Shown in pieces: positions 13,501-25,350 of a stretch of DNA of 64,000 nucleotides (its first letter is position 1; each line of letters opens with the position of its first letter). This DNA is from Lama glama (lineage: Eukaryota). The notes beneath the pieces are model-generated. The model had not been told where the DNA came from. It made no database searches and worked only from the letters and a program-made list of their open reading frames with translations. Position numbers and translations under genes: made by a program. The stretch covers positions 77,996,001 to 78,060,000 of the forward strand of contig CM052822.1 in NCBI GenBank assembly GCA_028534125.1, given 5' to 3'.

Positions 13501-14987
13501 TGCCTCTGCGCATTTCCCCCCGTGGGCCTCACGCGAACGGAACATGTGCCGCGCGGGCTCCCGTGCGTGGCTTCCGCCCTTGAGCGCTGTGTGTTCAGGG
13601 TCCGCCCGTGCCGCGGCGGGTGCCGGTGCTCCAGCCCTTTCTCAGCTGACGTCATTCTGTGCCTGCACCGCGTGGTGTTTATCCAGCTGTCTGTCAAAGG
13701 ACGTGAGGGTTGTCCCCACTTTTTGGCCGTGATGAGTAACTCGACCATCAACGTTCAAACCCAGGTCTCTGTGCCCACGTGCTTTCGTTTCTCTTGGGTG
13801 CTGCCTCGGAGTGGGGCTGCTGGGCCACACGGCAACTACGTCGGAGGAACTGCCAGGCTGTTTTCCGAAGCAGCTGCACCAATTTACACCCCCGCCCGCC
13901 ACGCACGCGGGCTCTGGTCCCTCCACACCCGCCAGCGCTTGCTGGCGGGCTGTCTCGATTCTGCCCACCCAGGTGGGTGCGCCGTGCTCCTCACCGTGGG
14001 TTTCCGCTTGCACCTCTCTGACGACTGCTGGTGTGGCGCGTCTCTTCATGTCCTTGCTGGCTTCCTATGTGTCTTCTCTGAGGAGATGTCTGTTTAGATC
14101 TGTTGGCCATTTTCTAGTCATATTGTCTTTTTCTTACTGCACTTTAAGAGTTCTTCCCACAAGCCCCTTTCAGACGTGTGACTGGAAAATCTCCGGTTCT
14201 GTGGGTGGTCTAGGCACTTTCTTGCTGTCCTTTGAAGCACAAAAAAAAGCTTCAAATTTTGATGAAATCTAATGTAATTTATTTCCCCTTTTGTTGCTTG
14301 TGCTTTTAGTCAGGTGTGAGAATCTTTCCCCAAACCTAGGGTCATGAACGTTCACCCCACGCTTTCTTCTAAGAGCTTGTAGCTGTCGCTCTTACACTGA
14401 GGCCTCCAGCCAGTCTGAGCTCATTTTTGTGTGTGGTGTGAGGCGGGGGCCAGCGCCGCCCTTTTGCACGTGGATGTCAGGCTGTCCCAGCAGCGTTTGC
14501 TGAAGGCTGTCCTGTCCCTCGCTGAAGGGTCTCGGCAGGCAGCTGACCGACCGTCGGTGTAAGGGCTGGTTTCCTGGCTCCTGGCGCTGCACGTCTGTCC
14601 ACATGCCGGTACCACTCCTTCTTGCTTTGTAGTAAGTTTCTAACCAGGAGGCGTGACTCCTCCTACCCTTTTCTGCTTTTCCAGGATGATTTCAGTTACC
14701 CCGGGTCCCTCACTGTTCAGTACTAATTTAGAGTCAGCACCTCAGTTTCTGCAAGGAAGTCAGCTGGGACCTGCTAGGCGCTGAGGCGGCTCTCCAGATC
14801 AGTGTGGGGAACGCACCGTCGTCACGGTGCTACGCCTTCCGGCTCATGGACATGAAGCATCTCTCCATTTATTTAGATTTTCTTCGTTTCTCTCAACCAT
14901 GTTTTGTAGTTTTCAGAGCGTAAGTGTCACAATTCCTTTGTTAAATTTATTCCTAAGTGTTTTATTCTTTGGATGCTGTTGTGAAAG

Positions 14988-15135
14988 TGGGACAACTTGA
15001 CATCCACGTGCAAAAGGGCGGGGCTGGGCCCCTACCTCACACCACACACAAAAGTGAGCTCAGAATGGCTGGAGACCTCGGTATAAGAGCGACAGCTATA
15101 AAACTCTTAGAAGAAAGCACGGGGTAAACATTCAT
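14988..15135 (+). repeat. Inverted copy of 14344-14489 embedded in the L1
   Basis: The reverse complement aligns along its length with 14344-14489 (roughly 85-90% identity by eye). Confidence 0.9.
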
Positions 15136-15681
15136 TGCAAGTGTACAGAAATGCAGGTGGTTTCTACAGATGGAGCTTGTCTCCTACCATTTTGATCAAT
15201 TTATTAGCTGTGATAGTTTTTTAGCAGATTCCTTAGGCTGTTCTATATACAATATCATGTCGTTTGTGACTGGGGACAGTTTTGCTCATCCTTCTCCTGC
15301 TGGGATGTGTTTTATTCCTTTTCCTGCCTAAGTGCCCTGGGCAGAGCCTCCGGCACACTGGGCAGCAGGGGAGTGGGCATCTGTTTTCTTCCTGATCTTT
15401 GGGAAAAGCGTTCAGACTTTCACATGAAGTGTGACCTTAGCTGTGGGTTTTCCTTTGGCTGCCCTTTGTCAGGTTGAGAAATTTCCCTTCTGGTCTTGGT
15501 TTGCTGAGTGTTTTTATCATGAGAAGACGTGGGGTTTGCCTGATGCCTTTTCTGTGTGTGTTGAGATGGTCACGTGGTTTTTTACTCTGTTGATAACGAT
15601 TAACGACCTTAATCGATTTTCAGATCTGAACTGCTCCTGCATCCCCAGGATAAGCCCCACTTCGTCACGGTGTTTAATTCT

Positions 15682-15781
15682 CTCCTTTTTCACGCTTTTT
15701 CAAAATGGAGGCGCTGGGGACTGAACCCAGGACCCCATGCACACTAAGCGTGTGCTCTGCCACCGAGCTGTTCCCCCTCCC
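15682..15781 (-). mobile_element. Short, more diverged copy of the same SINE family inserted into an L1
   Basis: Minus strand reads GGAGGGGGAACAGCTCGGTGGCAGAG...CCTGGGTTCAGTCCCCAGCGCCTCC. 16-bp TSD cac(g/a)gtgtttaattct at 15666-15681 and 15782-15797. Confidence 0.85.
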
Positions 15782-16449
15782 CACAGTGTTTAATTCTTAT
15801 GTTGCTGGGTTCAATCTGCTAGTATTTTGTTTAGAAGTTTTGCATCCGTCTTCACACAAGCTACTGCTCTGTGGTTTTCTTAACTTGTGGTGTCTTCGCC
15901 TAGTTTTGGCATCAGGCAGCACTGTCCTCATAAAATGTCACATGTTCTTAAAGAAAACCAATACTCCCCATCTGTCGTTTAATAAAGTGCTGCCTCCTCA
16001 CTGGTGCTCAGGTCCGCACCTCGCATGCTTCCCCTCTGCCAGGGCCGGCCCCACGTGGGCACCTTCCAGATGCTACCGCATCCCTGTTAGGGCCACGCTG
16101 CAGCCAGAGTCTCAGAGGTGCTGGCGGCAAAGGAGAGGGAGATGCTGGAGCCAGGGTGCGTGATGAGCCCGAGGTGCGAGGGGGCAGGACCGGCAGCTCG
16201 CTGCAGCCTGGCTCTGGCTTCCTGCTGACGCTCCCGGTGTCTCCACACCGGCTGCAGGGGAGGAGGTGGCTCCGAACACCAGCTTTGCCCAGTTTCCTTC
16301 TCGAGGCAGATCCTGCAGAAAGCAGAAAAGCTGGTGGGCTGAGCAAACAGCAGCCTTTTAGTGGGGAAGGAGCCTGGGGAGGAAGGACTGAAAGACACTG
16401 ACAGATTGGGCTCTGAAAAGCCTGGAGTCATAGACAGTTCTAGGACACG

Positions 16450-16950
16450 GCGTCCCGGCCAGTGTCTGTCCCCAGCGTGTTCACTTTGCTGCTGAAGCCA
16501 AAAACACTGAGATTCGTGTGGGAATCCGCCCTCCTCCCTGCTCTCCCACTGCCAGCCACGCCCCGTGCACCGTGTCCACGGCAGGTCCGGCAGCAACATG
16601 GTCAGGTCAAGGGTGTCCCGAGTCCGGTTGCTTCCCCACATCTGCGCCGTCCCCTGTGGGGACCCCTCTCTGGGTCCTTACACTTGGCCTGTCCTCCGTC
16701 TGGAAAGCTGCCCCGTTCTCCAGGTGGGCTCTGCCCGATCCCTCCTGCTAGTGCCCCCGCCGTTCCCGCCTCCTGACCTGCTCCGTCTCCTCCGCAGCCT
16801 TGTCACAGCCTGACCCCATAGAAGGACGCCCTCCCGCCCTGCGCTTGAGCTGAGCGGCAGGATGGCGCCCCTGTGTCCACGGTTGTGGCGTCCCTCTGCT
16901 CACCCAGCGCCTTGCAGGTGGGAATTCCAGCAAACGTTTGCCTAGTGAGT
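16450..16950 (+). mobile_element. LINE-2 3' fragment (decayed)
   Basis: cacttggcctgtcctccgtctggaa and caggtgggaattccagcaaacgtttgcctagtgagt resemble L2 3' landmarks. Other L2-like ends at about 17480-17520 (+) and 22120-22200 (-). Confidence 0.4.
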
Positions 16951-19900
16951 AGACAGACAAGGCCAAATCTGTCAGTGTCCCCTCAGTCCTTCTGCCCGCG
17001 CCTCGCCTGCCATCATCTCTTCCAAGCGGGTCAGGAGGAGGCCACGCCCGTCACTTTTAGCCGTTTTCTTTAAGCCAAGATGCTCCACTGATTGGGCTCG
17101 CCCTGTCTGCTCCCGTGAACCACAGTATCAGAATTCTGGAATTCCAGAGTTGGGAAGACCTTGATGGCACCCGGCCCAGCTCCTCTCTGCACCGTGGACC
17201 CCAGAGCTGTGGGTGCCTCCCGCCTGCCTGGCTGGGGTTCCTGAAACCTCTAGAGGTTTGCCCCCCGGGACGGCCCAGCTCCTTGGGGAGCGTCTCAGGA
17301 TTAGAGATGGAATAAACGGAGCCTGTGTTTTCAGCAGCTCTTCCTTGAAGGATGGAGAGGGGCTTCTTGCCACCTTCCCCCTGTGACCGTGTGTAAACCA
17401 GTGGGTGGCTGTGCTCACACCCAACCCCCCCCAGTGAATGGCAGGGCTGGGCTCCCTGAGACTGTCTGGGGGAAGCTGGGCGTGGGACGAATGCGTATTT
17501 GTTGACTGAATGAATGAATTTATAATTTCAAGCCTCCGGCTCTCTGAGCCGGTCCAGGAGTCCTGGGAAGTCGCTCTGTGAAGTTTTGATCAAAGTGGCC
17601 TTAGATCCCTCTGGGGAAAGACAGGACAGAAATAACAATTTTACAGGTGGTGGATGTCAGCGCAGGGGAAGGGAGGGAGCAAGTGGTTTCCCACATTCCA
17701 CAGACACTCGCTGACCGCCCACCACGCGCCAGGTTCTGAGGGCCGGGAAGAGGAAGACCCTACCACAGCACAGCTCGCCGGCTAGTTGTTGGTGGGCGCG
17801 GGGCGGGAGGGGGCGTAAAGAAACCCCAGGACTGCGCTGTGAAGTGAAGCGCCGAGCGGCCAGCTGGTGAGAGACAGGGGCTGGGGGGCTGGTGTCCCCA
17901 CACCCAGCCCATCCTTAGGGACTGGCCAGGGTTTCCCGTAGGGACCAGGGGAAGAAGCCGTCGTCACGGCAACAGCCACTGAAGGAGACGGCAGGGATCT
18001 GCGGCGGCTGCAGTGACTGGATTTGCCTGTGGAAGACGGAACCATCGACGTGCGGACATGGGGTGGGGCAGAGGCAGGGGGAGGCAGCCGGGGGTGGGGG
18101 GGCCCGTAGAGCCAGCCCGGCAGCCAGAGCAGGCCTCCAGGCAGCGACTGCGCGGCTGGGGGGAGGGGTCCGGCGGAGCTTAGGAGGAGGGTGCGGACAG
18201 GGAGGGCGGAAACGCCAGGCAGATCTTCCGTGGACTTGAAGTCTGGGCAAAAGGTGTGTCCTCTACTTTGGAGGCAAACACAGGAGCCTTTCGGGAGGAG
18301 GTGTCCATTTCTGCCACACCAAGTTGGGCGTGTGGTGGGATTTTAGGCGGAAAAGTCGCGTGAAGCCATGGGTGGGGGAAGGTACGAGTGAAGGACAGAC
18401 ACGCAGGTGTTGTCGTGTGTGTGGGGTCTGCGGCTGGTGCCGGGACACCGCGGGAGCCCGCGGGCGAGGTGCAGCGATGGAGATAGGGAGACGGCGCCAG
18501 TGGGACGCCCGAGCAGTTCCCGGAGCCTCTGCCCAGGTCGCACCTGCCCCGGGCGCAGGGGCGCAGGGGCTGCGGGGCCGCTGTTCGGCTTGTGGGGGGT
18601 CCCGCACACACGCTTCTGTTTGTGTCGTGATCCTGTCAGCAGGTTTGTCGACCTCTTTCCCAAAGTGCGGCCCGTGAGTCTTCCGTCAGCCCCTCTGCTG
18701 GAAAAGGACCGCACGCGCCCTGACAGGACTTCAGGCGCGGGAGCGCGTGTCCCTGCCCAGACCCTCAGGAGCTGCCCCAGGCCCAGGCCGCCTCCCGGGA
18801 GCCGCGGCGCAGCCCTGCTGAGAACCTGGGGGCCGCGCTCGGCTGCGCAGCGAAATGATCCAGTCTGTCCCGTCCGCGCAGGTGTCATCACAGAGGAAGG
18901 AGGACAGGTCAGCCGTCCCCCGAGAGCCAGGGGGTCCCCATCAGGGTTGGGGGCAGGCCAAGGGGGCCCAGGGCCCAGAGGGAGGGCCGTGGGGAGGGGA
19001 CCCCCGTGCCGGGCAGGCCACGGCCGCAGAGGACCTCGCCAGCTGCCCAGCTGGGCCTCCCGCGCCGCCCAGCTTCTTCGCCAGGACGGCTCAGGCCCGA
19101 GGTCACCTGCTGTGTCAGTGTCTCCGGCGAGCCCCTCAGAGCTCCCAGTGCCTCAGGGAAAACCACGCCTGTGGCCAAGCCTACGTGGGGTTCAGACCAC
19201 CCCCCAGCCTGCCTTCACTGCGGGAGCCGGTGCCCGGCTCCGCCCACAGGTGGGCCCCGTCCCCGGGGCCCCGACGCCTGGCAGCCTGCTCTCCACCCCC
19301 AACACCCCGGCTGCACCGTCGCTGCGGACACTTGCTGCTCGGTTTTTAGGGCCCCTCAGGTGACCTGCTTTGTGGCCTCTGCTGACGCTCTGAAAGGCAG
19401 GGGCTGCTTATGTTACTTCCCTGAATTCACGCCACGCGCAGTACGTTTTGTTCGGAGAAGAAACGTGTAGGATGAATTGAAGAGAAAAAACCCTCTAGCT
19501 GTTTGGAAAGGTCTGCCTCCTAGAATGAGGTGCGTTACACGTTCACGGGAACCAGTCTGAAGGTGGGGCTGGCTTTCCAGACGCTGGCGGGAGAAACGGG
19601 CACGCAGTGTGGGGGCACGTCTGTCCCGTGGTCAGGAGCGGTGTGGCCAGGGCGTCCGCCTGTGGACCAGCTTCACAGGGGCACCCCTGCTACCCTGACG
19701 GCTGGGAAAATGGGAAAGACGCGCAGACGGAGGCAGACGGGGTCGTGCCCAAGAGCGACACGTGGGGCGGGGGCAGTCACACTCTCTTTTCTTCGATTTC
19801 GGGATGTAAGCGTGTTTTGGGGGTGGGGAAAAGGGAGGCGGGCAGGAGGACGACCCGCCCAGGACCAGGGCCCTGCAGCCCCGGGTCAGCTGTGCATTCA

Positions 19901-21715
19901 CACCCTGGAGAGACAGGGCTGAGCCCCCACCGGGCGCAGGCCAGGCTGGTCCCCGCCGCTCTGCCTGGTGCGCGTGGCTGAACGCAGGTGGGTGAGCCCG
20001 CGGCTCTGGTGGGCGGGCGGGGGCGGGGGACGCTCCCGGCTGAAGGCTTATTAGCAGCATCAATCACCGTGGTGTCACTTCCAAACGCCCTCTCCTCACC
20101 TAATTTGCTAAACCTAATTCTTTATCACACCCAGAAGCTCGGATGAGAGACGGGCCTGCTAATGAGCACTGGCTCCCGGCTCCGTGGGTGGCGGGCGGGG
20201 GTCCGGTTTCCTTCTCTGGCCCCTGGGCCGGGGCGTGTGCAGGTCCCCTCGGTCTGGCCTGGGTCTGGCAGCCTGAGCCGCCCCCCCGGGGGCCCCCCCC
20301 AGCCTCCTCCGGAGCCCCGGCTCCCAGGCTCGCAGCCTGGGAAATATTTGCTGCTCTCCGTCCGCTGAGCTCACCTCCGACGCCGTCTTTGTGCTGCTGG
20401 ATTAATGGAAGGGAGGTGGGGGGCGGGGGAGAAACCCTCACCGGCAGTGTGCGTGGTGTTAACTCACATCATGGACTCTGAGCCACCACCCCCGTGTGGA
20501 CCCGAAAGGCCCCTACAGTTGGGAAAGGTCAGTGGCTGTTGACCGAGCGTCACGTCCGAGCCGCCTGCCGTAGCGCGGGGGCTGCACACACCACTCCTCC
20601 GGCCGTGCCCTCACCCGGCTCGGCCCCCAGCCCCGCCTGACCAGCCTCGGGGCAAATCTGCAGCAGGAAGACAAAGAACACAGAGTTAGTGCTCCCTGGG
20701 GTCCGGGACCTCCGCCGGAAATGACCTTCGGAGTCCTACGGGGGCGCCTTTCAGCAGCGGAGACAAAGCAGGAGCGGGTCCACGGCCGGAGCGAGTGGCC
20801 CCGAAGCAAAGGCAGCAGGCGGCCTCCTGCGTTGGGAAACGGAGACACTGTCATTCTCGGTTTTCTTTGCGGCAGAGAGAGAGTAGCCATGCAGGTCCGA
20901 TTTTCTGCGTCCTGGGTCATCCAGAGCCTTAGTCCCTCTGAAGTCCTGGAGGTTTGATTCTGCACCAAATCAGAGGACATGAGCAAATGCGGCAGCTGTG
21001 AGCTTCCCCTGGAAGAAAACAGGGCGGACCGGCCCCAGCGCCCTCAGGCTGGGCTAGGAGGCCACGGGCCGCCCAGGGTCCGGTCCGCATGCCTCTGGTT
21101 CTGGCTTTGTCTACAAGGCCTGTGAGATGGAGAGATTTGGGTAAAAACGCTTTTGCCAAGTCAGAGTGTGGTGGGCAGACTAGCTCTGAGCTGGCAGCCG
21201 CTGCAGGGATGTGGTGGGAGGTAACCCGGGGGCCACCCTGACCTGGGCTCCTCTTCGGCCCCCACGCGCCTCCCGCCATCTGCCAGCCGGGGGGCAGCAG
21301 GTCAGGCTCTGGTCCTGGCGTGTGCTGTCTTTTGCCACCTCTGGGACCCAGGCAAGGCGCCCACCCACTTGTCTGAGCCCCCATTTGCTCGTCTGTAAAA
21401 TGGAGTGGTGAGCTCCCTGCTGTGACTCTGCCGTGGACACGGTCACGGGCCTGTGTGCACAGAGTGGGAGCTGCTTCCTTTATGTCTGCTGGACGTCCCG
21501 ACTCTCTTGAGCAATGACCGGGCCCCGGCGCCGTCTCGGGGCCGAGGTAGGAAGTGGCGGCATCAGAGGGTCGCTCCCACCCGCTGGTGCATACGGCTAA
21601 TTTCACGTCAGGTTCACGGCTGACTCGCTCCCGTGTCACTGACGGGCGCCCTCCGCCCAGGGAGCTTCTGTTTTGGGAAATGGGGCCAAAGGCCGAGGGG
21701 AAGTGGTCCCACCAG

Positions 21716-21751
21716 CCACGTGGTGTGTGTCGTCCACGTGGTGTGTGTCGT
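21716..21751 (+). repeat. Perfect 18-bp tandem duplication (CCACGTGGTGTGTGTCGT x2)
   Basis: Directly visible. Confidence 0.9.
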
Positions 21752-21859
21752 TCAGGTGTGCAGGACCTCGCACATTTCTACACGAGCTTTTTCTCTCTTC
21801 CCAGGCTTTGCCTGTGTTTTGACCTGGGAAATCCTGCAGTCCCTCTGGGCCCTGATGCC

Positions 21860-22050
21860 CTGGTGTGCACAGGTGTGTGCGCACAGGTGTGTGTGTACAC
21901 GTGTGCACAGGGAGGTGTGTGCATATATGCACCAGGTGTGCATGTGCGCACACATTTCTGTGTGGGTGTGTGCATGCAATGCACATGTGCCTGTGCACAA
22001 GTGTGCCACATGTGTAAGCCACACAGGCATGTATACACGTGTTTGTATGA
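21860..22050. repeat. Alternating purine-pyrimidine (TG/CA/TGCA) low-complexity tract
   Basis: gtgtgcacaggtgtgtgcgcacaggtgtgtgtgtacacgtgtgcac...; a similar CA-rich tract lies at about 50950-51022. Confidence 0.85.
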
Positions 22051-23659
22051 GCACATTGTGGGGGGACACAGAAGATTTCTGAATCTCCCAGACCTGAAAT
22101 GCTCTTGTCTCATCAGTTTTATCAATCAACAAACACTTCCCGAGTTTCCTTCCTGCATCAGGCCCTGTTCTGGGTTCTGGGAGCTGGCGGGTCAGGTGGG
22201 GAACCAGGCAGAGGGCTCGCTCCCCCAAAGTCCTGTCTTCTCTCAGCCTGTTCACCACCCCCACCTGGACTCATGTCCACCATGGGGGCCCCCGACTCCT
22301 GCCGGGGCGCTGAGGCCCCATGGTCCAGGTAGCAGCATCACATGAACCGCGGCCAGCGCCCCCGCTCGGACACTCCCTGCTGGCCCGGCCTGAGTGTCCC
22401 GGCGCCAGTGTGAAGGTCTGGGCTGGGGAACCGTCCTGCCTCTACAAACACTCCCATCTCTCACCTCTTGGATCTGTCGTCCACGTCAGGCGGTTCAGGG
22501 CCCCTCTGGCTGCTCGAATGGAGGAAGCCACATTGGCCAAGACCACCGGAGGGCCTCTGGCCACTGCTGCACCCTTGGGTTTTATTTTTAGGAGCTTCCG
22601 CAGCCTTTGTTCCGGGGGGGGGGGCGGTCCCTTACCGTGTGCATGCTGGGCCTTCAGGTCCGACCTGCGATGATCATGGCGAGTTGCTTATTGTCCACAG
22701 CCTGACGTGGGTGCTGGGACGCTTCCAGGGACGTCCCCCGAATTTAGTCACTCATTGATTCATAGGCTTCTGAACCCAGGGTGTGACTTCAGAGGGACCT
22801 GGGGTACCCGAGACTGGGCTGGGGGACGGAAGACACCCCCAGATCGTACCTTACAGCTGTCACGGGGGTGCTTCTCACCTGCGCCTTTGAGGGGCTGACG
22901 TCTTGGCAATGGAAATTTCTATGGGGTGAGACGGTCGGAAAAGGGGTCACTTTAACGGCAGGACCGGCTCGGGCACCTGGAAGTCACTGCACTTACTGGA
23001 TGGGACATGAGGTCTCCAGAGTTAAAATGCAAGTGTGTTAATAAGTCAATTGTCTGAAATTCAGAGTGTCTTCCACAGAGACAGTGTCACCAATGGTGGT
23101 ACGATTCCCAGGCCGGCTCGGAAAAAACCTTCAGTGGCAGAAAATGACGCGGCTGGAGGGCCAGCACCCGGACGAAGCCCCAGCGCGGCGCACGGTGAGG
23201 CCGCGGCAGGCCGTTCTGACCCCCAGCGGGCCAGGGACGGACGCTGTGCTGGGGCCTGTGGCGGGAGAGCCGGGTGCCCGCCGGCCGGCCGGCACGGAAG
23301 GGCTTTTGAGGCGGAGCCTCTGATCCGCAGACGGGCCTGGCGCATTTCTCCACTTTCTAAGAGGATAAGCGTGAAATGGAGAAACACTGTAGACGGAGCT
23401 TTTCCCCAGGTGCGGAGGTCAGATCAGAAGAGGGAGGCGGGACTAGGAGGCTGCGCTGGGGAGACGCCCCCGGCGGAGGAGGCCCCTCCCTGCCGAGTTT
23501 ACCGCCGGTCCCGGACGCTCCGTCACTGACCTCCGGCCTCTGGAAGGTGGGCCGAGGTCCCAGAGGCCCTTCCAGGCGTGGCCCTGGAGATGCCCGGTGA
23601 CCGCCCAGGTCCTCTGCCGCGCGGGGCGGCCGGTTGAGCCCTGCTTCCCGCTGCAGAGC

Positions 23660-23950
23660 GGGTCACTCTCACCAGGTGTGTTCAAGACTCTTCGGCAGGC
23701 TGACTGCAGTTCTCCCAGGTGTGTTCTTTTTTCTTTTTTTTTCCCTGTTTACCCTGCTTGGGACTCACTGAGTTTCTGCAAACTGTAAAATCATGTCTTT
23801 CATCGAATTTGGGGATTTTTGGACTATTAATCTTCAAATATTTTTTGCCCCATTCTCTCGCCTCTTCGTCGGGGACCCACCCCATGAAAGCTGGACCTGG
23901 TAATGCGGTCTCGCGGGTTCTCAAGGGTCCTTGTTATTTTCTACTGCTGC
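23660..23950 (-). mobile_element. Ancient L1M fragment (ORF1-region, antisense)
   Basis: ctgcttgggactcactgagtttct...tctttcatcgaatttggggatttt...tcttcaaatattttttgcccc matches the recalled L1M consensus. Confidence 0.65.
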
Positions 23951-24471
23951 GTATCGACTCACCCCGAGTTTGGTGGCTTCAGCCAGTAATAGCAGCACTT
24001 TGTTGTCTCTCCTCGGTTTCTGTGGCTGAACGGTCCACACAGGGCCCTGTGGGCCGCCTGCCTCGCCGCCTGGCGCCTGGTGCTTCAGCTGGAAGACGGG
24101 AGGCTGGGGTGGGACTCACCCTCCAACCTGGCGTCCGGCAGGCAGTGATGGCCGCGGGCCGAGGGTCCAGCTAGCAGGACACCCGGGCGTGGGCTCCCGT
24201 GGCCGGGACTCCCGTGCACGCTGTGGGCCGGGCCTGAGGGCGGGCGCGGGAGGCAGAGGAGCAGGGAGAAGCCATTCGGTGTCACCTCTGCTGTCTTGTT
24301 TTGGCTGAGGAGGTTACAAAGCTCTGCCAGGTGGCTGCCCGGCTGACTGTTCCAGCAGGGCCGCTCCCCGGCTTGACCTCACACCACAAACCCTGCCTCT
24401 GGGGGCCGCTCCAACCTCCGTTCAGGTTCTTGTCCTGGCGGGGCGCCCCGAGCCTTGCGCTTGCACCCTTC

Positions 24472-24510
24472 AGGGGCAGGAGGGGCAGGAGGGGCAGGAG
24501 GGGCAGGGGC
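24472..24510 (+). repeat. (AGGGGCAGG)4 short tandem repeat
   Basis: Directly visible; five G4 runs. Confidence 0.85.
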
Positions 24511-25279
24511 GGAGTTTGAAGCCCCAGCCTCTGGGATTCCACCTGACTTTTCCAAGGCTGTGGGGGCCCTGGATTCTGGGATCTGGCTCCTCGGGCCAGA
24601 GCGACATCGCCTGTAGCTTAAGCTGCCCCGTGGCACCAACCACTGGCCGCCCTTAGGATAAAAGTCTCAAAGGGGGAAGTCGTTCTGTGTGTTCTCTCGT
24701 TCAGGGGCAACCCCTCCAGGACTCTGCTGCTGTGACTCACTACCCACCGCCATCGGCAGACTTCATTTCCCCCTGGGGTTTGTAGTCATGATCTACACGG
24801 TACGAGCTTACCTCGCCTCCACCAAGGCAGAGTCCAGTGCCTTCCTCCAAAGAGGAGGCACCTAAAGCCCCCCCATCCCCCTCTCCGGCCACGCGGGCGC
24901 TCCCAGAGGCTGTGGCACCCTGCTCTCTACCAGCTCAAGGCCTGGTCACACGCGGTGCTGCCAGTTTGCTCAGTTTCAGGGGGCACATTGACAACCCGTG
25001 ATGGGAATTGTGCAGTGTGCGTCCTGCACCACTGTCTGCAGCTGCCTGCTCACATGCTGTTCCGACCTCCTGCAGCCCCTCCTTCTGCCTCGTCCCAGCG
25101 GCTAACACCAGCTTTCAGCTAACAGTGAGCCTCCTCCAACCCTCGCTTCTGGGCTGGGGTCCTACATGCCGTTCTAATCCCCCCACACCGTCCTCTGACA
25201 CTTGTAATCAGACCATCTGGGCATAGGATCATGTGTCCTGAGCCAGGCGGCAGGAGCTCCGGTCCCCACCACCTGGCCC

Positions 25280-25350
25280 GTCCTTGGGCATGTGTGTCTC
25301 TGTGCTTCAGTGTCCCCATCAGAGAAGTGAGGGTAACAGCCACCCCTGCC
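25280..25350. mobile_element. MIR core fragment (similar relics at about 21360-21430 and 37100-37165)
   Basis: ctctgtgcttcagtgtccccatcagagaagtgagggtaa resembles the MIR core. Confidence 0.5.

Larger units (their letters stand above)
13390..15937 (-). mobile_element. Old LINE-1 (L1M/L1MB-like) 3' fragment: 3' UTR plus ORF2 C-terminal region, decayed
   Basis: Recognisable antisense L1 landmarks: gaggaactgccaggctgttttcc, tctgaggagatgtctgtttagatc, aaattttgatgaaatctaat, ttgttaaatttattcctaagt, tttgctgagtgtttttatcatga. Boundaries approximate. Confidence 0.85.
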
